Shown here piece by piece: positions 18,896 through 27,092 of a stretch of 32,000 bases of DNA; within the stretch, counting starts at the first letter, position 1; the number at the start of each line of letters is the position of its first letter. Origin of the DNA: Candidatus Thorarchaeota archaeon (GTDB lineage: Archaea > Asgardarchaeota > Heimdallarchaeia > Hodarchaeales > Hodarchaeaceae). Where the stretch lies: positions 1-32,000 of the forward strand of contig JBHLRO010000007.1 in the NCBI GenBank assembly GCA_048882505.1, in the 5' to 3' direction. The position numbers and the translations under genes are program-made. A model generated the notes under the pieces. It saw nothing but the letters and a program-made list of their open reading frames with translations. It searched no databases and was not told where the DNA came from.

Positions 18896-19412
18896 CCTTA
18901 AAATCGGGAAAGGATAACAGATTGCTATTTAAACCTTCATAAACACACTAGACATCTCTTAATTAAGCATTAAAGTAAACCAAGTAGTAACCCGATATTC
19001 TGAAAGCCGAATAGTTGCAGTAGAAAATTAAAATAATTGTCTCAGAATCAGACCTGCCGTCTCAACTGAAGTTTAATCCAAGATAAGTAACATTTTATAT
19101 TAAGGGTATGTTTGGGGCGCGTACTTTGGCCTCGGGTTGTTCGGAGATAGGAAGTCTCTCCTAAATTATCCTAGGAATGGCAACAGTCAAGTTGAATAAT
19201 TAACAGCTTTTCGAATACTGCGAGCAGTGGAAGCTCTTTTGAAGAGATCAACCTGAAAGGTAACACTTGCTAATACATTAACCCAAACCACCGTTATGGA
19301 TATAGTATATCCCAGATCAAAAAAGATAAAAGAAAATGAAAAAGGGATGTCCAAACGGATCCTTATAATTACTAAGATTATCAAAATGCCGAGATGATTT
19401 GGAGGTAAAAAC

Positions 19413-19952
19413 GTGAGTAATGATCAAAGATTGTGGAAAATCGTGTTAGCGGGTGACGGGGCTGTTGGGAAAACCTCATTACGAAGAAGCTACCTAGGCG
19501 AGGGGTTCGATGCGGAATATAAAGCAACGATGGGTGCGGATTTTGCCTTGTACGACACATCTGTGGGTGATACGCAAGTTCGATGGCAGATTTGGGATCT
19601 AGCTGGACAACCTGTGTTTAGGGATGTTACAAAGGCCTACTATGATCGGATATTCGGAGGGGTGCTCGTTTATGATATCGCACGCCGAGAAACTTTGGAT
19701 AATGTAGAAAAATGGCTGAAAGACCTTTGGGCCAATTCGGGTCGAGATCTTAAAGTTCCTGTAGTTCTTCTCGCCAATAAAATAGATTTACGCGAAGAAG
19801 GAGGAGAAGCTGTCTCTACGGATGAAGGAAGAAGCTTAGCAGAACGATTAGAGATACCCAGGTTTGTTGAAACCTCTGCAAAAACGGGAGATGGAGTTAA
19901 GGTCGCGTTTGAACATCTGGGAAAAGACATCTTGAAGTATACTCGTAGGTGA
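19413..19952 (+). CDS. Rab-like small GTPase (Ras superfamily)
   Basis: G1 GDGAVGKT, G2 YKATMG, G3 WDLAGQ, G4 NKID, G5 ETSAK; no C-terminal Cys. Confidence 0.93.
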   Translation: MSNDQRLWKIVLAGDGAVGKTSLRRSYLGEGFDAEYKATMGADFALYDTSVGDTQVRWQIWDLAGQPVFRDVTKAYYDRIFGGVLVYDIARRETLDNVEKWLKDLWANSGRDLKVPVVLLANKIDLREEGGEAVSTDEGRSLAERLEIPRFVETSAKTGDGVKVAFEHLGKDILKYTRR

Positions 19953-20046
19953 ATTAGTTTCTCAATTAATGGTAGATTCCTAAAGTACCCATATCTACCA
20001 AATCTGTCCAGATTAGTTACCTTGCTCGTATTGGGAACATCTGGTG

Positions 20047-20280
20047 TTAAGGAATTAACGTAGTGGTGAAATACTTTACATAGTGTTTGATAAACCACAT
20101 ATCCTCAATTGTCGGCGACCGTGGCTCACCACTGACGTAAAGTTCGCAGTTAGTGAAATGGTATGACTCTGCTCGTTTTTCTGTCTTCACGACCTGTTTA
20201 AAGGTTCCCTTGAAAACGTTGCCGTCAATTGTATAGATGTAATAAGGTTTATCTACTTCCAATTCCGCCATTTTTAACAT
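20047..20280 (-). CDS. Small hypothetical beta-rich protein (possible Sm-like/SH3 barrel)
   Basis: 77-aa ORF with protein-like composition; YIYTIDGNVFKGTF resembles Sm motif 1. Confidence 0.6.
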   Translation of the reverse strand: MLKMAELEVDKPYYIYTIDGNVFKGTFKQVVKTEKRAESYHFTNCELYVSGEPRSPTIEDMWFIKHYVKYFTTTLIP

Positions 20281-20637
20281 CTCAAGCGTCTACTTTTCAC
20301 CCTGTTTTCGAAGTTTAAAATGACAGGGTTGAGGGAATAAACAGTTTTTTCAACCTTCAGCGATTTTAAAAGATATTTACTCTATTATTATTGCCCAAAA
20401 GTCAACTAGCGAGTTCTGGTCTTATGAAATTCCGATTATGGACCAAAAAAAATCTAAATTCAATAACCTAGTACAAAATGGAATAATTTCTACAAAAAAT
20501 CATGGGTGGCTGAGTGAAATGCAAAAAGCGAATGAAAATCCTATATTTGGCGAGAAAACAGAGACAACCATCTGGCCAACTTACTCGACCCCGAGATAAA
20601 AAAGCAATAGCTCCTCTTATGATGTAAATTATAGCGG

Positions 20638-20958
20638 CTAAACCGCCTCTTTAAGTAAAGCTTTAAGAAAATCTCTAATGGAGCGTACCCCGTGAAGATG
20701 CGTTTCTCCAATTATGGTCAGCGGGCCGTGTGAACTTAAGTCAGGTGATTCATAAACCATCAGTGGGGAATGATTCATACACATCTTTTTTGCCAAATCC
20801 AGACGCGACAGGACTAATCTCTCGTCAGAACCAAGTGATTCTTCAATACAACGCTGCCCTTTTACAGATCGAATGGTTTGATCGTAGTTAATACTATCAG
20901 AATGCGAAGGAGCCGCCTTTGAATGATTTTTCCGCTTTACTAGAACCTCTATTTTCAT
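20638..20958 (-). CDS. Hypothetical protein
   Basis: 106-aa ATG-initiated ORF; no motif recognised. Confidence 0.5.
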   Translation of the reverse strand: MKIEVLVKRKNHSKAAPSHSDSINYDQTIRSVKGQRCIEESLGSDERLVLSRLDLAKKMCMNHSPLMVYESPDLSSHGPLTIIGETHLHGVRSIRDFLKALLKEAV

Positions 20959-21703
20959 GAGGAGATTATCCCCTGGATTCTTAGTTCACAGAAGGGAGAT
21001 CAGGAATCAATTAAAAAAACCTAAGGCCCTAAATTCGCTACGCCCAGGTCGGAACCCACCACTCACTAAGAAGTGCGGAAATCACTTCTAGAGTATCGAA
21101 TAGTCTATCTATTCCAATTTTTCAGCTTATATTTTTCAGAAAAATCATGTTCCTTATCCATCCGGCATAACTCCGCTTTTTATATTTGAAAAGCTTCCAC
21201 CTATTTAAGGGGTTGAAGGGAAAGGGTGTGATCTTCGGAGAAAGGGTCAATACGATCCAATCGAAGAGCTGATCCACATGAAACCGAAACTTCGAGAAGA
21301 AGCAACTAATCTGTTTTCCCAACTCTCATGGGGTAACTTAATTTGGTTGACAGTATGGCTGCTGATCCTCTTGGTGAATGTCACCCAAGGTATGGCAAAT
21401 CCTGCTGGTGGTCCAATCCCTCCTCGCACTTAAGTATGATTTTGGCGCTATCCAGAGGATTATCGGCCGCTTTAACCATCTTACTTCCTTTTTTTTCTTT
21501 TTAAATGAAAAGGAGGTTACACATCCTATTTATATCCAGAAAGGGTTGATCAAGATTAGTCTTAACTGCAGATATCGCTCACCCTTAATTAGAATTCAAG
21601 TTGAAAGATTTCCGTAATGGTACACAATAGAAGAGGAGTAGGGCGAGAACTCGGGATGCAAATCAACGAAATTTGCGTAGAACCTTAAGATACCTCCATG
21701 TAG

Positions 21704-22912
21704 TCAGGCAGCATTCCTTTTTCTTAATACTACAAATATCCCCAGGGTCAGAATAGTTGGAAATGCAAAGAAAGGGGTGTTCAGTGGCGTGCTCAATTGA
21801 GCGTCGTATCCGATCGCAGGGATAATGTATTGATCAATCAAAGTTTGATAGAGACCTAATAACGTATCTGAATCGCCAGTGAAAACAATAACCATATCAT
21901 TATCGGGAAGAACTAGGATATATTGCCCCTTATATCCCCGTGCACTAAAACCACTTCGTGTGGGTTCTATCCACCATTGATAACCGTAAAATGATGCAAC
22001 CTCTGTCCCTCGAGTTCCCGCTGTAATCCATTCTTTGGAAACGATTTGATTTCCATCCCATGTTCCATTATGAAGAAATAAATAGCCAAACTTCGCCATA
22101 TCTCGAGGTTTTAATATGAGATTTGACCCCCCATATGGTATTCCTTGCTTATCTAATGTCCAATCAGGATTTCCTATTCCCAATGGATAAAAAAGACGAG
22201 TTTGAGCAAATTCCCCTGTCCCAATTTCCGTAACATTATCTAAAATGGCGGATAACAGGTGTGAGTTGCCTGTATTGTAATTCCAGGAACTACCTGGAAT
22301 GTTATTCATCGGTCGATCCAAGACGTATTGAACTGCATTTGGGCTGGAAATCATTTGAAAATAGTCGTTCTCTATATCATCATAATTGGATTCATCCCAA
22401 CTGAATCCAGATGTCATGGTCAGTAAATCTTCGATGGTTATTGACTCTTTCCAGGTATCACGATACTGAATGCTGTGATTGGGAAAATAACTCAAAACGG
22501 GGTCGTTAACAGAACCGATATAACCTTCCTCTATGGCAATTCCAATAAGAGTCGAAATTACGCTTTTAGTGCAAGAGAAGATATTTCTGCTTGTGTTTTC
22601 ATTCACAAGGGTCGAGAAATAATGCTCGTGTATAAGGTAACCATTACGGACTATAAGGAGCGATCTAATAGCATCTTGAAGGTTACCCAGTTCGTAGGTC
22701 GAATTCAAGTATTCATACATTTCCCGTAGCTTAATCGAACTCACGTCTCGGTCCTCTGGCGAGGAAGTTCTCCATCCCTCGGTTGGCCAATAATCAGGAT
22801 CCCTTGTAGAACTAAATGATGGAGAAATGAAGGAGAATGGACGGGAACTATTAATGAATAGAATCAGGAAGAAAAGGAGAATTAAGTAGATTTTTCCATT
22901 TAGGGCCTTCAT
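21704..22912 (-). CDS. Serine hydrolase, beta-lactamase class C-like, with signal peptide and C-terminal TM anchor (likely start 22912; ORF track to 22969)
   Basis: SxxK (FSCTKS), YxN (WNYNT), LLTMTSG, PRDMAKFG, YGYQWW, ARGYKGQ motifs. Confidence 0.9.
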   Translation of the reverse strand: MKALNGKIYLILLFFLILFINSSRPFSFISPSFSSTRDPDYWPTEGWRTSSPEDRDVSSIKLREMYEYLNSTYELGNLQDAIRSLLIVRNGYLIHEHYFSTLVNENTSRNIFSCTKSVISTLIGIAIEEGYIGSVNDPVLSYFPNHSIQYRDTWKESITIEDLLTMTSGFSWDESNYDDIENDYFQMISSPNAVQYVLDRPMNNIPGSSWNYNTGNSHLLSAILDNVTEIGTGEFAQTRLFYPLGIGNPDWTLDKQGIPYGGSNLILKPRDMAKFGYLFLHNGTWDGNQIVSKEWITAGTRGTEVASFYGYQWWIEPTRSGFSARGYKGQYILVLPDNDMVIVFTGDSDTLLGLYQTLIDQYIIPAIGYDAQLSTPLNTPFFAFPTILTLGIFVVLRKRNAA

Positions 22913-23084
22913 CTTTGCAGATTTAGATGTGATTGATTTTATATGAATATGGAATACGGCAATCGGCATTGAGAATCAAAAAAGGATTAGGTCCATATTC
23001 AATGAATGGATTTATCAAAACTGATCCTCCGATCGAGTTACGTTCTTTTTCGTTATTCTCATCAACAAAACAAGGTGCATCATC

Positions 23085-24092
23085 ATGAAATATAGAAAAA
23101 TGGGAAAACATGGATTGATCCTATCAGAGATTAGCATAGGTACCATGTATCATGGCTCATATTTTTCAGAAAAGCAATCGCACACGGTTTTAGAAGAGGC
23201 GATTAATCAAGGGATAAATTTTATTGATTGTGCGGATAGATACGGAATTCAAGATTCTGATTTGCCAATGGATCAGAGAACGTCGGCAGAGAAAATCTTA
23301 GGCGCGTTTTTGAAGATTCATGACCGGGATGATCTCGTAGTCTCATCTAAGGTCTTTAAACAACTTAGGAAATCCCCAAACAATGGCGGCTTATCCCGAA
23401 AACATGTCCAAGAATCAATCAGACAATCACTAAGATATCTACAAACTGACTATTTGGATATTTATTTTTGCCATAGAGTTGACAATCAAGTTCCACTTGA
23501 AGAAACCATTCGTACGATGACCAACCTAATAGATGATGGATTAGTACACTACTGGGGGACGTCATGGGCTCCCCCATACATCGTGGAGCGCACAATAGGA
23601 ATCGCAAAGGAAAATGGATTAATTCCGCCGTCCGTAGAAGAACCACCTTATCATATCAACGCACGTTTCATTGAAGCTGATCTTTTTTATGTCGCGGATT
23701 ACCATGGATTGGGGATTACCGCATTCGAAGCTCTGGCCACTGGTTTTTATACTGGCAAATATCTGGATGGCATTCCTGAGGACAGTCGTGGGGCTAAAGT
23801 TGAACAAATTCCTCAAAACATCATAGATGAGCGCCGAGAACAAATCTTAGCGCTAAAGGAGGTGGCTTCTTCTCTGGAGATCCCCTTGAGCCAGTTAATG
23901 TTCGCCTGGGTGCTTAGAAATCCCCAGATATCTTCAACCATCATGGGTGCTTCGAAACCAGAGCAGGTGATTGAAAACTGTGGGGCATCTGGAATTGTAC
24001 TTTCACAAGATACCCTTGAAACAATCGAGGATATTCTTGATAACAATCCCAGGAAGAAATACTACTATCGCTTTGACCAAAGGCCAGACTAG
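23085..24092 (+). CDS. Aldo/keto reductase (Tas / Kv-beta-like)
   Basis: MKYRKMGKHGL, GINFIDCADRY, SLRYLQTDYLDIYFCHR, WGTS, IMGASKPEQ motifs. Confidence 0.93.
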   Translation: MKYRKMGKHGLILSEISIGTMYHGSYFSEKQSHTVLEEAINQGINFIDCADRYGIQDSDLPMDQRTSAEKILGAFLKIHDRDDLVVSSKVFKQLRKSPNNGGLSRKHVQESIRQSLRYLQTDYLDIYFCHRVDNQVPLEETIRTMTNLIDDGLVHYWGTSWAPPYIVERTIGIAKENGLIPPSVEEPPYHINARFIEADLFYVADYHGLGITAFEALATGFYTGKYLDGIPEDSRGAKVEQIPQNIIDERREQILALKEVASSLEIPLSQLMFAWVLRNPQISSTIMGASKPEQVIENCGASGIVLSQDTLETIEDILDNNPRKKYYYRFDQRPD

Positions 24093-24982
24093 AATGTCTG
24101 GTGGTCATCATCTGAAGTATCAGTTATGGAAATTGTTCCGATTTGGGAGATTTCGTCCCAATGAACATCATATTCGATGTTCAAATGCGTTAGCAGGATT
24201 TCAAGGATTTCGGTATAAAAACAGTAAAGATGTTTCTCACATAGCTTACATTCCGCGCAATTCAGAGTAAAATCATTTTCGTTTCGTGAAACATGATTGC
24301 TTTCGATTCGCTCCAATAGTAAATCTACAAGTTGGAGGCGATGGAGGGTTTTCCAAGAGCGCCCATACGTCGAGGATTGCTTTAGTAGACGAGCTGAAAC
24401 AGTGGAAGTCCACTCTAATGGATCTATATCTTGAACTTCGTCCTCTGTGATCAATTTCTCATCGACTAACAAACTTAGAAGGTTTAAATGAGCATCCAAT
24501 AAACTAAGTTTAGCGGCGGCTTGCATTTTAAAGGGATCCAATTGAGTGACGTCAAAAACGAGAGATTCACTGCAAGTTAGAAGAACGGACGGAAACTGTC
24601 TGCAAAACGTTTCGTGAATCTCAGCCAATGGTCTTTCCACCCACTTAGATCGTACTTCCGAATCCACAACAAGAATGAAGATGATGCCCTCCTGTCTGCG
24701 AAAGAACATCTTTTCACGACTCATGTAAATGGATTCTATGGTATCTTCCTTGACTTGGGTAGTAAAGCTAACCAGAGCACTCACTAGATTGGCCTGTAAT
24801 ATGGCAGAAGGGGGAGGATCAATGTCGGGAAAAGCCAAGTGGAAAAGGAGACCCCCATGCTCAATTATTCCTATCAAAGCCTTTATTCGTGTGGTTTCGG
24901 ATTGTGTGGACTGGGAAGCAAGGTGCCGATTCAGCAGCCTTTCACCCCCTCTCACTCCTAGAGAATCCAATCTCGGGAACAT
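24089..24982 (-). CDS. Longin-like domain protein with C-terminal Cys cluster (V4R-like); true start probably downstream of 24982
   Basis: LIGIIEHGGLLF...NLVSALVSFTTQV...IESI...IFILVVD...F longin-like pattern; C-terminal CAECKLCEKHLYC. Confidence 0.65.
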   Translation of the reverse strand: MFPRLDSLGVRGGERLLNRHLASQSTQSETTRIKALIGIIEHGGLLFHLAFPDIDPPPSAILQANLVSALVSFTTQVKEDTIESIYMSREKMFFRRQEGIIFILVVDSEVRSKWVERPLAEIHETFCRQFPSVLLTCSESLVFDVTQLDPFKMQAAAKLSLLDAHLNLLSLLVDEKLITEDEVQDIDPLEWTSTVSARLLKQSSTYGRSWKTLHRLQLVDLLLERIESNHVSRNENDFTLNCAECKLCEKHLYCFYTEILEILLTHLNIEYDVHWDEISQIGTISITDTSDDDHQTF

Positions 24983-25143
24983 AAGGAACTGGAAGTTCTT
25001 TGATCATTGGTTCGTATTTTCTGATTTGACTCTGTACCATAGCACTGCAGCACTGATTCATCGTTCTCGATAGTTGAGCGGCGATTGCCTTTTTAAACTT
25101 GAAAACCAAACTGCGACAATAAAGACCTTGGCGGGAAGTTATT

Positions 25144-25761
25144 TTGAAAACACATTGGAACGAAGTATTTAGCTCCAAAGAGAACACCAATCTGGGTTGG
25201 TATGAAGAAACACCAGTAAAATGCTTGGAGTTATTGGAAAAATCAAACATTAGACATTCGGACTTGATTATAGACGTTGGGTGTGGTACGGCCTCGTTTA
25301 TCATAAATTTATTAGACCAGGGTTATACTAATCTTATTGGACTTGATATTAGTGACGTAGCCATAAATAAAGTCAAGAAGCATATGGGGGAAAAAGCAAG
25401 CCGTGTTCATTGGATAGTTGATGATATTACAAGGCCAGAACGAATTATCGAGTTTAAAGGTATAGCTTTGTGGCACGATAGGGCTGTACTTCACTTCTTG
25501 CTGACAGAAAATGAGCAGAAGAATTACCTTCGAACGTTAAAAACTGTCTTGAAGGTAGATGGTTATGTAATTATTGCTGTATTCAATCTAGAGGGTGTGA
25601 GGGAATGCTCAGGTCTCAATACCTATAATTATAGCTCTGACACTCTTGGTGATTTTTTAGGATCCTCCTTCCTCTTAAAAGAATCATTTAATTTCACTTA
25701 CCAAACTCCATGGGGAAAACCCAGGCCTTACGTCTACACACTATTTCAAAGATTCGAGTGA
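25144..25761 (+). CDS. Class I SAM-dependent methyltransferase
   Basis: IIDVGCGT motif I, GLDISDVA, WHDRAVLHFL. Confidence 0.9.
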   Translation: MKTHWNEVFSSKENTNLGWYEETPVKCLELLEKSNIRHSDLIIDVGCGTASFIINLLDQGYTNLIGLDISDVAINKVKKHMGEKASRVHWIVDDITRPERIIEFKGIALWHDRAVLHFLLTENEQKNYLRTLKTVLKVDGYVIIAVFNLEGVRECSGLNTYNYSSDTLGDFLGSSFLLKESFNFTYQTPWGKPRPYVYTLFQRFE

Positions 25762-25817
25762 ATTCTGACTTGATTTGATTGTGACCAGAGGTGGGTGATA
25801 TTTTTTTATTCAATATT

Positions 25818-26054
25818 TCAACTATTAAGCTTTTTTCTCTTGGTAGCTCTTTTGAGATCCTTAATAGAATCTCTTTGCAGTCGAGAATATGTTAGTAGAT
25901 CATCCCGCTCCTTTAGCTCTTCAAACGATAAATCGTTGCCTTTAAACATGATATTTTTGGCTTTTTCCTCAGAAATTTGAGCCATCCTTTGTTTAAACTT
26001 CCGAAGTCCATCTTTTATTCGTTCTTGATCCCGTAATGACTTGTTTCCCATCAA
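25818..26054 (-). CDS. Small basic/helical hypothetical protein
   Basis: 78-aa ORF co-oriented with neighbours, charged helical composition. Confidence 0.55.
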   Translation of the reverse strand: MMGNKSLRDQERIKDGLRKFKQRMAQISEEKAKNIMFKGNDLSFEELKERDDLLTYSRLQRDSIKDLKRATKRKKLNS

Positions 26055-26180
26055 TCGTACTCCTATTTATCGTAAATTTCCTGGTTAAACAGATAATGAA
26101 GGATCCTGTCCACCAAATACTTGTCTTCCCCCTTTCTGTATTGAAGTCTATTTAGCATTTAATCTCACCAATTCTATTTC

Positions 26181-26741
26181 CTAAACTGAGGTGAGTTCAC
26201 CTCGTTCGAACGCCTCCAAGAAGGGAAGAACGCTATAATCCTCCTTCTCTAGGATCTTTTTAAGTCTGGATTTGGTGACACGAACACATTCGAGGGATTT
26301 TGGGAAAGGCAAACTAGAGCTACCCGTAACACGACAGCAAGCTTCTGCTATTATTGCCCCCGCCCAAGTTCCAAGCTTTTCTTTTTTTAAACGCTGAAAT
26401 GCCCGTCTTAGTGAGAATTCTGTAACAATTAGATCGACTTCATTCCTAATCTGACTGATAATCATCTGATTGGTCACTTTTACAAAGGCCCATAGTATAT
26501 CCAACGTTGCCTGAAGCGTCTGAACTCGTTCGATGTGATGGCGTTGATATATTTGGCGTCTATGATCTGGGGACCTGTGTAATTTCAGGCGGGCCTCAAC
26601 TTTTCGGATACTTTTGACGGAGGTAACATATTTTCGGGCTAATTCATGGTCAAGCATTGCAGAATAATTGTGTATTACTCCGTTTTCAATGGTGGGTTTA
26701 GCCTGCAGATCAGCTTTATCTTTGGGATTCATACACATCAT
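26181..26741 (-). CDS. Hypothetical helical protein (possible cyclin/TFIIB-like repeat)
   Basis: 186-aa ORF; AGAIIAEACCRV...VTKSRLKKIL loosely resembles a TFIIB repeat. Confidence 0.65.
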   Translation of the reverse strand: MMCMNPKDKADLQAKPTIENGVIHNYSAMLDHELARKYVTSVKSIRKVEARLKLHRSPDHRRQIYQRHHIERVQTLQATLDILWAFVKVTNQMIISQIRNEVDLIVTEFSLRRAFQRLKKEKLGTWAGAIIAEACCRVTGSSSLPFPKSLECVRVTKSRLKKILEKEDYSVLPFLEAFERGELTSV

Positions 26742-26803
26742 CTACTCATCCTAGTTAGCCATTCACGCAGGATCTGGTCAGAATTTCTTCGCTGGGAGTT
26801 GCA

Positions 26804-27001
26804 TTAAGTCCAACCGAGGATGATATGAAGGAAAAACTCCCCTATATCCATGTCCGTTGATTGGGCTCTTCTGACAATGTCCTTTAATTTAGATTCCTGT
26901 ATTTTGCTTAAGTGGGCCATAACGGTACCATGATGTCGCCTAAGACGGTTAAGCAGCTGATATTGACTTATTGTATTTATGAGGGAAGAAGTATAGGACA
27001 T
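26804..27001 (-). CDS. Small hypothetical protein
   Basis: 65-aa ATG ORF divergent from the helicase and co-oriented with 26181-26741. Confidence 0.45.
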   Translation of the reverse strand: MSYTSSLINTISQYQLLNRLRRHHGTVMAHLSKIQESKLKDIVRRAQSTDMDIGEFFLHIILGWT

Positions 27002-27092
27002 TTTCTTTTTCTCCGTGACGCATATTTACCCCGGGTCGATATGCGAGCACTTTGCCAACTTTGTATTGATTTCATTTAAATAGGAGAAATGA

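Noticed and set aside
18985-19010. TTCTGAAAGCC resembling the end of an smc-repeat copy
   Set aside because: Upstream sequence shows no similarity to the repeat.
21104-21433. Plus-strand frame with a single in-frame TAA (21206-21208), a possible pseudogene
   Set aside because: No start codon at the 5' end and no recognisable family; a long frame with one stop can arise by chance.
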